A stretch of DNA of 64,000 bases from Candidatus Woesearchaeota archaeon (GTDB lineage Archaea; Nanobdellota; Nanobdellia; Woesearchaeales; UBA10216). This document shows, piece by piece, positions 1 through 8,285 of the stretch. The position numbers were made by a program, and so were the translations under genes. Below the pieces are notes generated by a model. The model was not told the DNA's origin. It made no database searches and saw nothing but the letters and a program-made list of their open reading frames with translations. Within the stretch, counting starts at the first letter, position 1, and every line of letters begins with the position of its first letter. The stretch covers positions 74,655 through 138,654 of the forward strand of contig JACPBX010000003.1 of the NCBI GenBank assembly GCA_016180085.1, given 5' to 3'.

Positions 1-474
1 TTCTGAATTGTCGCAATCGTAATAGACCGTTGCGTTCACGTCACTTTTCTGAATATTTGACGTATCAACTCCACTACAGCCGTCACATACTCTTTGCGGG
101 ACATCAACTCCTTCCTTGCAATTCGCTTCGATATCGCAACTGGCTTTATTGGCATCGTTCATGTTTTGGGGAATTGAGAAAGAATCACAATCATTTACCC
201 CACAACTCGAACCACAGCCATTCGAATCGTAATAGCAGTTGTCGAATGTTCCGTCATTGTTCCAGTCTAGGCAAACAAAGTCGGCAGAGGCACCAGCAAT
301 ACCGTTCACTTCAAAGGCTATGTCATCATCAGTCCAAATAACACCATCATCTAACCCTGCCCCATTCACAGCCCAATCATCATAATAGTCAATTATAGGT
401 AAAGCCACTGCAAAAAGTGGCAATAGTAACATAAGCAAAGAAAAGTTCAAAATACTAAAGGCTGCCTTGTTCAT
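1..474 (-). CDS. Partial (C-terminus beyond window start) secreted/membrane-anchored hypothetical protein, Asp/Cys/Gly/Asn-rich with N-terminal hydrophobic signal/anchor (MNKAAFSILNFSLLMLLLPLFAVALP...)
   Basis: Minus-strand frame open from ATG at 474..472 to position 1 with no stop (checked codon by codon); not in ORF track because it has no stop in the window; the opposing 30..341 + ORF is low-complexity and is rejected. Confidence 0.4.
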   Translation of the reverse strand, partial: MNKAAFSILNFSLLMLLLPLFAVALPIIDYYDDWAVNGAGLDDGVIWTDDDIAFEVNGIAGASADFVCLDWNNDGTFDNCYYDSNGCGSSCGVNDCDSFSIPQNMNDANKASCDIEANCKEGVDVPQRVCDGCSGVDTSNIQKSDVNATVYYDCDNSE

Positions 475-475
475 T

Positions 476-1132
476 TCATTCACTTGTGCGGTTAATGCTT
501 TCTCTATGGACTTTCATCCTTTCCCACCGAGCAAACGTCCCTTTTTTGATGCACTCATTAGCTGAGCAGGAATCACATTCTTCAACCTGGCCGTAATCTG
601 TGCCGTTACAATAAAGCCAATGCAGGTTTCCATCAACGCATTCGTAATGGTCGGCAAGGCTGCATTCATGATCAGAGCCTACGTAGAATGTATCTATGTT
701 GGAATTAATAACGCCATCTAAGTCTTTGAAATTTCCTCTATGCCTAGTAAGCCATCCAGAAACGTAACTCGTTCCACCAGAAGCAAGGTAAACATCCTCC
801 CCATTTACCTTTAAATGGGTGCCTTGCTGAGTTACAGGTTCAATAAGCTCTACTGAAAGCTCATGTTTTTCAGGTCCCGTCAATTTTTCAAAAACCTGTG
901 ATGTTCTGTTCATTGACAGAAGAACACCGGTAACGTGTTTAACTCTCTCTTCATAAGCGATATGTGATAAGCTCTTTTCTCCCGTCGCTAACCTGTTCAC
1001 GATTTCTTGGATTTCAGTAGCATTCGCAAAAACAAGATAGCTGAGAAAAGTCAAGCTAACTACAAGCGCAATCAAAAGAACAAATAATTGTTTTTTAACT
1101 TTAACCGCCCCATTTAAATATGGCTGCTTCAA
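476..1132 (-). CDS. Hypothetical membrane-anchored protein, N-terminal TM helix, Cys-rich C-terminal domain
   Basis: 218-aa ORF; hydrophobic N-terminus LFVLLIALVVSLTFLSYLVF; C-terminal CxxC-rich segment; no family recognised. Confidence 0.45.
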   Translation of the reverse strand: MKQPYLNGAVKVKKQLFVLLIALVVSLTFLSYLVFANATEIQEIVNRLATGEKSLSHIAYEERVKHVTGVLLSMNRTSQVFEKLTGPEKHELSVELIEPVTQQGTHLKVNGEDVYLASGGTSYVSGWLTRHRGNFKDLDGVINSNIDTFYVGSDHECSLADHYECVDGNLHWLYCNGTDYGQVEECDSCSANECIKKGTFARWERMKVHRESINRTSE

Positions 1133-1270
1133 CAGCCAAATCCCAACTTCAAGCTAACCGACAATGTTGACTATTTAAACCTTTGCGTGGCTTCCGGAAG
1201 TTTTCCGACGAGAAATGGAAGTTTTTCAAAGCATTTCCGTAGTTTTTTGGCTGCTGGTGATTCGTCTTAG

Positions 1271-2380
1271 CTACGGCTTAAAGCTGCGCACCGCAGCTGC
1301 AACAGCCTCAATCTCTTCGTTTGTGAGTTCAGGGAACATTGGGAGCGATAGCACCTCTGCGGCTGCTTTTTCCGCAACAGGGTATCTTTGGCTGTTGTAT
1401 TCTGAGTAGGCCTTTTGCTTGTGTATGGGTATCGGATAGTGTATCAGCGTGTCTATTCCTTTTGCCTTCAAATGCTGCTGGAGCCTGTCCCTCTGTTTGC
1501 TCCTTATTACGTAAAGGTAATATGCGTGTTTTCCGTATTTGGCCTCCATTGGCATTATCACATCAGCCTTGGAAAGTGCGCTGTTGTATTCAGTTGCTAT
1601 TTGCCTTTTTTTCTCCACCCACCTGTCAAGGTGCTTCAGCTTTACGAGCAGGATGGCTGCCTGCAGCTCGTCGAGCCTGCTGTTGAAGCCTTTGGTTATG
1701 TGCTCGTATTTCTTCTTCTCCCCGTAGTTCCTTAACAGGAAAGAGTTCTCGGCAATCTCGCCGTTGTTCGTGACTATAGCCCCGGCGTCTCCATATGCCC
1801 CAAGGTTTTTCGTCGGGTAGAAGCTGTAGCAGGCAACATCGCCAAGAACTTCCCTTTTGCCCTTGTATTCTGCGCCGTGGCTCTGGGCAGCGTCTTCCAC
1901 AACTATTATGTTGCGTTTCTCGGCTATCTCCATTATGGGGCCCATATCTGCGTATTGGCCATACATGTGCACCGGAATAACGGCTTTTGTTTTTGCAGTT
2001 ATTGCTGCCTCTATTTTCTCAGGGTCTATGCAGTAAGTGTCTTCCCTGGCGTCCACAAATACCGGCTTTGCGCCGCAGTAGCTTGCTGCGAGGGCGGTTG
2101 CTATGAATGTGTGCGCAGGCACTATCACCTCATCACCTGGACCTACGCCTGCTGCCCTGAGCGCTATGTGCAGTGCCTCTGTGCCTGAGCCCACGCTTAT
2201 GCACTGTTTCGCTTTGGCATACTTTGCGAAGGCTTTTTCGAATTCCTCAACCTTCTCTCCTAGTATGAACCTGCCTTTTTCCAGCACTTCGCTTATTGCA
2301 GCGTCTATCTCGCGCTTTATGCTGTGGTATTGCCTTTTCAGGTCCAGAAACGGCACAAATACAGACTCATGTTTTCTCAT
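1271..2380 (-). CDS. DegT/DnrJ/EryC1/StrS-family PLP-dependent NDP-sugar aminotransferase (or E1-like dehydratase)
   Basis: 369 aa; family-typical layout (FLDLKRQY..., GxGDEVIVPAHTF..., AKPVFVD..., YSFYPTKNLGAYGDAG); 4-nt overlap with upstream acetyltransferase gene. Confidence 0.85.
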   Translation of the reverse strand: MRKHESVFVPFLDLKRQYHSIKREIDAAISEVLEKGRFILGEKVEEFEKAFAKYAKAKQCISVGSGTEALHIALRAAGVGPGDEVIVPAHTFIATALAASYCGAKPVFVDAREDTYCIDPEKIEAAITAKTKAVIPVHMYGQYADMGPIMEIAEKRNIIVVEDAAQSHGAEYKGKREVLGDVACYSFYPTKNLGAYGDAGAIVTNNGEIAENSFLLRNYGEKKKYEHITKGFNSRLDELQAAILLVKLKHLDRWVEKKRQIATEYNSALSKADVIMPMEAKYGKHAYYLYVIRSKQRDRLQQHLKAKGIDTLIHYPIPIHKQKAYSEYNSQRYPVAEKAAAEVLSLPMFPELTNEEIEAVAAAVRSFKP

Positions 2381-3006
2381 TTGCTTTTGCCGTTTTTGTG
2401 TTTTTCGTACACCGGCTTTCCATATTCGTCTTTTAGGCCGTATATGCTGCAGACAGGCTTTGCCGGGTTTCCGAAGGCTACGGTCTCCTTTGGTATGTCT
2501 TTTGTGACCACGCTTCCGCTGCCAACAAGCGCCCTTTCGCCAATTGTCACGCCAGGCAAAATCGTCACGTTGGCCCCTATTTGCGCCCCTTTTTTTATCC
2601 TGGGTCCGTCCTTTCCGGCAATTTCAGGCGTGCTTAGCCTGCTGCCTGGGTATTTGTCGTTGGTTGTCACTGTGCCTGGCCCTATGAACACGCCATCCTC
2701 TATGGCTGTGCCCTGGGCTATGTAGCAGTTGCAGTGCACCTTTACGTTATCCCCGATTTTGCAGCCATAATCCACAACAGAGTTGTTCCACAGCCTGAAA
2801 TTTTTTCCTATGGCGTTCTCTTCCCTTATTACAGAGTTGTGGCCTATTATCAGCCCATCGCCTATCTTCACGCCCTCATACACGATGCTGCTGCTTAGAA
2901 ATTTTGCGTTCTTCCCTATCCGGGCTGTTTTGTCTTTTACGCTTCTCAGGCTTTTTTCACCTATGGCTGCGTTGCTGCCGATTTTCCATGTAGGGTCAGT
3001 TTTCAT
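2377..3006 (-). CDS. Hexapeptide-repeat (left-handed beta-helix) sugar N-acetyltransferase, PglD/WbpD/NeuD-like
   Basis: 209 aa with repeated [LIV]G-x4 hexapeptides (IGDGLIIGHNSVI, IGDNVKVH, IGANVTILPGVTIG); located between epimerase and aminotransferase genes. Confidence 0.8.
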   Translation of the reverse strand: MKTDPTWKIGSNAAIGEKSLRSVKDKTARIGKNAKFLSSSIVYEGVKIGDGLIIGHNSVIREENAIGKNFRLWNNSVVDYGCKIGDNVKVHCNCYIAQGTAIEDGVFIGPGTVTTNDKYPGSRLSTPEIAGKDGPRIKKGAQIGANVTILPGVTIGERALVGSGSVVTKDIPKETVAFGNPAKPVCSIYGLKDEYGKPVYEKHKNGKSK

Positions 3007-3022
3007 TTCCTTGCTACCAAGG

Positions 3023-4015
3023 CTACCAGTAATGGTGCCTGTTTTGCCTATAAAAAGTGATTGTTGCCTTTATGCCCTGTGCCAGGGCTGTTTTTGGCTT
3101 CCATTGCAGCAGCTTTTTTATTTTAGTGATGTCTGCAACAAAGTTTCCCGGCTCAAGTTGTTTTGTTTCGTTTGGGTATGGGATGAATTTGTAGCTTCCG
3201 CTTCCATTTGCTTTTATCACTTCCTTTGCAAGCTCGGCAAAGCTTGTGCCTTTTCCTGTTGCCACGTTGAGCACTTCGCCAGCCGATTTCCCGTTCTCGG
3301 CTGCTGCCATGGTTGCTATGAAAGCGTCGCAGCAGTCTTCAACGTAAAGGTAATCCCTCAGCGTTTTCCCGTCGCCCATGACTGTTATGGGCATGCCTTC
3401 CATGGCAAGCCTTATGAACCAGTTTACCACGCCGTACGGCTTCCGCATCTGGTGCCTTGGGCCGTATGTGTTCGTTATCCTGAGGCAGCAGGTTTTTATG
3501 CCGTGAAGCCTGTTGTACATGAGCATCATCTGCTCTGCCGCCAGGCTTGTTATGGCGTACATCCCAAGCGGCTTTGTGGGGAATTCCTCTGTTACAGGAA
3601 GCCCTCCAGCAGCCCCGTACTGCGCCCTTGTGCCTGAGTAAATAATCGTTGCTGTGTCGTTGTTTTTCCTGCATTCCTCGAGTAGCGTCAGTGTCCCGTT
3701 GCACCTTATGTCCAGGTCCTCAAAAGGCAGCTCCACGCTCCTGTGGTGGTCCACTTGCCCTGCAAGGTGGAAGATGACGTCCTTCCCTTTAACAGCCTCT
3801 GCAACTATTTTCTTATCCCTGACATCACCGGTTATGACCTTTATTTTATCCTTGACTTTCTGGATGTTGAATTCGTTGCCTCCCAAGCCGGGTATCAGCG
3901 CGTCAATTACTGTTACATCTGCGCCGAGCTTTGCCAGCTGCATTGCCAGGCTGCTTCCTATGAAGCCCAGGCCGCCTGTTATCAGGGCCTTTTTGCCTTT
4001 GAGGCTTTTTTGCAT
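3023..4015 (-). CDS. NAD-dependent epimerase/dehydratase (extended SDR; UDP-sugar 4-epimerase-like)
   Basis: 330 aa; N-terminal Rossmann motif ALITGGLGFIGSSL; YxxxK region; typical length. Confidence 0.8.
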   Translation of the reverse strand: MQKSLKGKKALITGGLGFIGSSLAMQLAKLGADVTVIDALIPGLGGNEFNIQKVKDKIKVITGDVRDKKIVAEAVKGKDVIFHLAGQVDHHRSVELPFEDLDIRCNGTLTLLEECRKNNDTATIIYSGTRAQYGAAGGLPVTEEFPTKPLGMYAITSLAAEQMMLMYNRLHGIKTCCLRITNTYGPRHQMRKPYGVVNWFIRLAMEGMPITVMGDGKTLRDYLYVEDCCDAFIATMAAAENGKSAGEVLNVATGKGTSFAELAKEVIKANGSGSYKFIPYPNETKQLEPGNFVADITKIKKLLQWKPKTALAQGIKATITFYRQNRHHYW

Positions 4016-4018
4016 GCC

Positions 4019-5164
4019 CTATTGCACCCTTGCAGGATTTTTAAACGTTGCCCTGATTGCAGTGTTCAGCTTTTTCCCAAGGCTTTGCCATGTGAAGTCT
4101 GCCAGCATTTTCCTGTAATTCACCTTTTCCATGCCCAACGCAGCTTCAATCTTTGTTGCCATGTCGCCAGCGTCATTCGGCCTGCAAATAAGCTGCTCAT
4201 AGCCCTTCAGCACCTTGCGCATCTCTCCCACGTCTGTGCACACGATTGGCTTGTCAAGCGCCATGTAGTCCATGAGCTTGTATGGCGTGTACATGACCCT
4301 TGTGAATTCGTTGTCTTCATAAGCAACAACCAGCACGTCTGAGGCGTTGAGGTAATATAGCAGCGCTTTGTATGGCACAGAGGCAACTGTGATTATCCTT
4401 CCGCCCGAGGCATCCGCGGCCCTTGAGTATTTGTTTTTCACTTCATTCCCGATGAGCATCAGCATGGCATTTTTGTTTCTCTCCCTGACGGTGTTGAATG
4501 CCTTTATGAGCGTGTCTATTCCTGCGCCCCTTACCCCTCCGCTGTATGTTATTATCTTGTCATTCAGTGGCAGGTCGGTTAGTTTCCTGCATTCTTCCTG
4601 AGGCAGCGGCTTGTACAGCTGCAGGTCTATCCCGTTTGGTATTGTAACTACAGGCCCTCGCCCTTTCCTTGCCTTAAGCGCCGCATGCGCAAGGATATTG
4701 CTCGCGCACGTCACCATGCTGCTTTTCCTCATTACGTGGTTATTTACAAGCCTGCTGGCAAGCTTCTGGATAATGCCTGTTTTCAGCAGCGGGAAATTGC
4801 CGAACTCGTATGTTTCGTAGTTGTCCCTCACGTCATAGACAACCGGCCTTTTTTTCGCTGCAGCAATTGCAACCAGCCCCAAAAGCGGGTGCGAGGTTGC
4901 AACTATAATCTCGTTTTCAGCCGCCATCCTTTTTGCGGCAGCAAGGAAATTTGTTATGCTCGCTATGGCGAAAGGGCATATCTCGACCTTCATTCCGTTG
5001 AGTTTCTTTGTAGCCTTTTCTTTCTTGGCTTGGTCGGCGCACAGGATTGTTACCTGGTGGCCGAGCCTTTGCAGCTCTGACGCCAGCCTGACTTCCCTCC
5101 CGAAGTTCTCCTCTATCTGGTCCTTGCCGGAGGAGAACCTTTTCATCACGACGAGTATTTTCAT
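4019..5164 (-). CDS. Glycosyltransferase, GT-B fold (group 1/GT4-like)
   Basis: 381 aa; C-terminal Glycos_transf_1-like segment (...YKLMDYMALDKPIVCTDVGE...). Confidence 0.65.
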   Translation of the reverse strand: MKILVVMKRFSSGKDQIEENFGREVRLASELQRLGHQVTILCADQAKKEKATKKLNGMKVEICPFAIASITNFLAAAKRMAAENEIIVATSHPLLGLVAIAAAKKRPVVYDVRDNYETYEFGNFPLLKTGIIQKLASRLVNNHVMRKSSMVTCASNILAHAALKARKGRGPVVTIPNGIDLQLYKPLPQEECRKLTDLPLNDKIITYSGGVRGAGIDTLIKAFNTVRERNKNAMLMLIGNEVKNKYSRAADASGGRIITVASVPYKALLYYLNASDVLVVAYEDNEFTRVMYTPYKLMDYMALDKPIVCTDVGEMRKVLKGYEQLICRPNDAGDMATKIEAALGMEKVNYRKMLADFTWQSLGKKLNTAIRATFKNPARVQ

Positions 5165-5228
5165 ATTCTCACATTCTCATGTGGCGGTTGTGTGCCAGAA
5201 TCGTATTTAAAGGTTTGGTAGAACGGGT

Positions 5229-5510
5229 CTAATGGTTCTTTTCTGCCTTCCCTGTTGTTTTGCCGTAATGGTACTTCATAAGTATCAGAGTGATATTTAA
5301 CGCAATGCCTGCTATGTTTGCGGCTATTATGACTATATCTTTCTTGCTGATGCCGTAACTAAGCCAAAGGCTCATTCCCAAAGTAAGCGATGCGTTCATC
5401 AGGTATGATAAGTCCCCGAGGTGTTTTGTTTTGTAGCCCTTTATTATCTGCGGCACAAAGCCGAATGTCGTTAGTATTCCGGCTGCAAACCCGACGATTT
5501 CCCAGTTCAT
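5229..5510 (-). CDS. SemiSWEET-type PQ-loop mini sugar transporter (3 TM)
   Basis: 93 aa; VGFAAGILTTFGFVPQIIKGYKTK...LGMSLWLSYGI closely resembles bacterial SemiSWEETs (e.g. Bradyrhizobium IGFAAATCTTVAYAPQFIKVLKTR...LGLALWLIYGL); ATG at 5510..5508 overlaps the upstream dehydratase stop (ATGA coupling). Confidence 0.7.
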   Translation of the reverse strand: MNWEIVGFAAGILTTFGFVPQIIKGYKTKHLGDLSYLMNASLTLGMSLWLSYGISKKDIVIIAANIAGIALNITLILMKYHYGKTTGKAEKNH

Positions 5511-6493
5511 TCTTCTTCCAGCTTTTTAATAAAATCTCTGTACCACTGCACCGTTTCCTTCAACCCTTCGTCAAGCTTAAACCTTGGTTTCCATCCAAGC
5601 ACTTTTCCGGCCTTTGTCCAGTCAAGGTATTGCTCCTGAAGCTCGTTTTTCGCCTCGTTGAGTATTTGTGGCTCCAGGTTTTTCCCGGCAGCAGCAATAA
5701 TTTTTTTTACCAGTTCCAACACACTAACCGGCTGCTCAGTCCCGAAGTTGAATGCCTCGCCAGCCACTTCTTCCTTGTCAAGCTGCTCTGCAAGCGTAAT
5801 GTAGGCGGCCACAACGTCAAGGACGTAAATGTAATCCCGTATTGGAGTGCCATCGCTGCGGATTATCGGGCTTTCATTGTTCAGCACGGCCTTTATCGTG
5901 CCGGGGATTATCCTGCTCCAGTTCAAATCCCCCCCGCCATAGATGTTGCCGCATCTTGTAACGGCAACCGGCAGGCCGTAAGTCTTTGCGTATGCCCTTG
6001 CAAGCATGTCTGTGCAGCTCTTCGACACTTCGTAAGGGGTTAATCCGTTCAGGCAGAAGTCTTCCATGTACGGCAGCTTTTCATGCTTCCCATATGCCTT
6101 GTCGCTTGACGCAACCACGGTTCTTTTTACGCCGAGCTGCCTGCATGCCTCGAGCACGTTCCATGTTCCTTTTATGTTTGTCTCGAAAGTTTGCAGCGGG
6201 GATTTGTTTGCCACTCCAACTATAGCCTGGGCAGCCAGGTGGAAGCAAACCTCTGCGCCGGTCTCTTTCATCGCCTTCTCAACAGCATTGTAGTCCTCTA
6301 TGGTTCCCTTGACCGTGTTAACCTGGTCAGCTACTCCAATGAACTCAAGGCTTGAGCCCTTGACTGGGTCACGGATTATGCATGTGACGTTTGCTTCCTT
6401 TTTCACGAGGTCGCTGACAAGCCAGCTTCCCACAAAGCCATTCCCGCCTGTTACGAACACGTTCCTGTCTTTCCAGTCAAAAGTCATTTTCAT
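5507..6493 (-). CDS. rfbG: CDP-glucose 4,6-dehydratase (RfbG/DdhB-like)
   Basis: Start moved to internal MKMTFDWKDRNVFVTGGNGFVGSWL (ATG 6493..6491), 7 nt downstream of the rfbF stop; the track's N-terminal extension (MTASGS...RRGRCGNKNK) overlaps rfbF and is low complexity; extended SDR with YxxxK. Confidence 0.75.
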   Translation of the reverse strand: MKMTFDWKDRNVFVTGGNGFVGSWLVSDLVKKEANVTCIIRDPVKGSSLEFIGVADQVNTVKGTIEDYNAVEKAMKETGAEVCFHLAAQAIVGVANKSPLQTFETNIKGTWNVLEACRQLGVKRTVVASSDKAYGKHEKLPYMEDFCLNGLTPYEVSKSCTDMLARAYAKTYGLPVAVTRCGNIYGGGDLNWSRIIPGTIKAVLNNESPIIRSDGTPIRDYIYVLDVVAAYITLAEQLDKEEVAGEAFNFGTEQPVSVLELVKKIIAAAGKNLEPQILNEAKNELQEQYLDWTKAGKVLGWKPRFKLDEGLKETVQWYRDFIKKLEEE

Positions 6494-6500
6494 CTTGTTT

Positions 6501-7265
6501 TTATTTCCACACCTTCCACGGCGCCCCTTTTTCCCACAGCTCGTTGAAGCTCTGGTAATCCTTGAACGTGTCCATGCACTGCCAGAAGCCGTCAAACTGG
6601 TAAGCCGCTATTTCTTTTTTTGCAGCCAGTGTTTCAAACGGCTTCTGCTCGAGGATGTCATTCTCTCCAAGGCAGCTGAAAATCTCTTTCTTGAAAACAA
6701 AAAAACCGCCGTTTATCCAGTAGTCGAGCTTCGGCTTCTCCTTGAAGCTCGTTACCGAGCTGTCGTCAATTTCGACTATGCCGAACTGGGAGTATGGCCT
6801 AAGGCAGGTTATCGTGGCTATTTTTCCTTTCTTCTTATGGAATTCCAGAAGCTCCGGTATGTTTATGTCCGCCAAGCCATCGCCGTATGTTGCGAAGAAG
6901 TCCTCGCCTGCAGGTATGTATTTTTCTATTTTCTTAAGCCTGCCGCCTGTGTTTGTTTCAGTTCCCGTATCTGCGAATGTGATGTTCCAGTCCTCTTCGT
7001 CGCTTGCGTGGGTTACCCTTTTCTTCTCTTTCAGGTTCATTGTAAAGTCTGCTGCCTTCCACTCTTCTTCGATGAAGTATTTTTTTATCATGTCGCCCTT
7101 ATAGCCGAGGCAGAGGATAAAGTCCTTATAGCCGTAATGAGCATAAGTCTTCATTATGTGCCACAGTATCGGCTTGTCACCGATTGGAGCCAGCGGCTTT
7201 GGTATCTCTTCAGGGTATTCCCTGAACCTTGTCCCCTTCCCTCCGCACAATATGACGACTTTCAT
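6501..7265 (-). CDS. rfbF: Glucose-1-phosphate cytidylyltransferase (RfbF/DdhA-like)
   Basis: 254 aa; MKVVILCGGKGTRFREYPEEIPKPLAPIGDKPILWHIMKTYAHYG... is characteristic of RfbF. Confidence 0.85.
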   Translation of the reverse strand: MKVVILCGGKGTRFREYPEEIPKPLAPIGDKPILWHIMKTYAHYGYKDFILCLGYKGDMIKKYFIEEEWKAADFTMNLKEKKRVTHASDEEDWNITFADTGTETNTGGRLKKIEKYIPAGEDFFATYGDGLADINIPELLEFHKKKGKIATITCLRPYSQFGIVEIDDSSVTSFKEKPKLDYWINGGFFVFKKEIFSCLGENDILEQKPFETLAAKKEIAAYQFDGFWQCMDTFKDYQSFNELWEKGAPWKVWK

Positions 7266-7277
7266 CTTTTTGATTTT

Positions 7278-8168
7278 TTATTTCTTAATCATGTCCGCTA
7301 TGAAGCCGAACGTTACAATCTGGACTCCCACGCTCATGAGCAGCACGCTCAGTATCAAGCTCGGTATGTGGCCAACGATGCCTGTTGTGAAGTAGAAGTA
7401 GAGCAGCCTCAGCCCCAGGGCAAAGCCAGCAGCAAAGACCAGCCCTCCAATCATGCCAAAAAACCTTATTGGTTCATAATCGCGGTAGATGCGCAGGATG
7501 TTTATCCACGCCCTTGCAGCGTATTCGAACGGGTTTCGTATGAGCCTGCTTTTCCCTTTTCTCTCTGAAAAATAAACGGGCACCTCAGCAATCCTGAATT
7601 TGTTCTTTACTGCCTTGATTACCTGCTCCTGCGTGTAGGTGTGGTTTGAGATTATGTCTATCTTTTCGGCAACTTCCCTGGTGAATGCCCTGAACCCTGT
7701 CTGGGCGTCTGATATCCTTGCCTTGGCTATCTGGGAAACCACTTTTGAGAACGCCTTGTTCCCGAGCTTTTTTATGAGCGGCATCTTTTCTATTGTGCCC
7801 TTGAACCTTGAGCCAAGCACGAAGTCGTTCCCTTCCTCGATTTTCTTCAGAAGCAATGGTATTTCCTCTGCCTTGTACTGGCCGTCAGCGTCAATGTGCA
7901 CAATGGCTTCTGCCTCGGGCTTTAGCTTCAGGAACTGCTGTATCTCTGTCCTGAATGTTTCAGCAAGGCCGTAGTTTTTCGGGTGGGAGTAAACAACAGC
8001 GCCCTCGCCTTTTGCAGCCTCGGCTGTTTTGTCTGTTGAGCCATCGTCCACAACCAGCACCCTGTAGACGTAGCTGCGGTGCTTTCCTAGGACTTCCTTT
8101 ATGTTCCTTATTACATGGGCTATTGTTGCCTCTTCATTGTATGCTGGTATGCTGACAACTACGTTCAT
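7278..8168 (-). CDS. GT2 polyprenyl-phosphate sugar synthase-like glycosyltransferase with C-terminal TM helices (Dpm1/GtrB/ArnC-like)
   Basis: Start moved to MNVVVSIPAYNEE (ATG 8168..8166, verified); VVDDGSTD, DADGQ motifs; C-terminal membrane span; G5 run upstream. Confidence 0.75.
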   Translation of the reverse strand: MNVVVSIPAYNEEATIAHVIRNIKEVLGKHRSYVYRVLVVDDGSTDKTAEAAKGEGAVVYSHPKNYGLAETFRTEIQQFLKLKPEAEAIVHIDADGQYKAEEIPLLLKKIEEGNDFVLGSRFKGTIEKMPLIKKLGNKAFSKVVSQIAKARISDAQTGFRAFTREVAEKIDIISNHTYTQEQVIKAVKNKFRIAEVPVYFSERKGKSRLIRNPFEYAARAWINILRIYRDYEPIRFFGMIGGLVFAAGFALGLRLLYFYFTTGIVGHIPSLILSVLLMSVGVQIVTFGFIADMIKK

Positions 8169-8285
8169 TTGTTTTTTCCCCCTGCTTCCCCCTCGGTTTC
8201 CACTCCCGGCGGTCTTGATTTTGGCTTTAAATATGTTTCCATCCCTCAAAACTTTTTTATATGGGCTTTTTCCGTGTCTGCAATC

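Noticed and set aside
30-341. 103-aa plus-strand ORF from the track
   Set aside because: Low-complexity His/Ser/Arg-rich translation; the opposite strand carries an uninterrupted frame with a convincing signal peptide and Cys-rich domain (1..474), so the plus ORF is taken as an antisense artefact
6494-6595. N-terminal extension of the rfbG ORF as given in the track (start 6595)
   Set aside because: The extension (MTASGSAWTRSRITRAS...RRGRCGNKNK) overlaps the rfbF coding region in another frame and is low complexity; the conserved Rossmann N-terminus begins at the ATG at 6493, 7 nt after the rfbF stop. Similar trimming was applied at 8249→8168, 8115→8286, 16020→16119, 37942→38062, 40578→40542, 41461→41302, 35535→35436 and 44376→44400
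6300-7568. 422-aa plus-strand ORF (and many other 60-290-aa ORFs on the strand opposite to annotated genes, e.g. 2783-3637, 5390-6043, 22373-23080, 23903-24499, 28714-29358, 36610-37128)
   Set aside because: They lie antisense to genes with strong family signatures (RfbF, GT2, E1 alpha, etc.) and their translations are low-complexity or Cys/Arg/Pro-biased with no recognisable motifs; they are typical shadow ORFs of roughly 50% GC coding DNA
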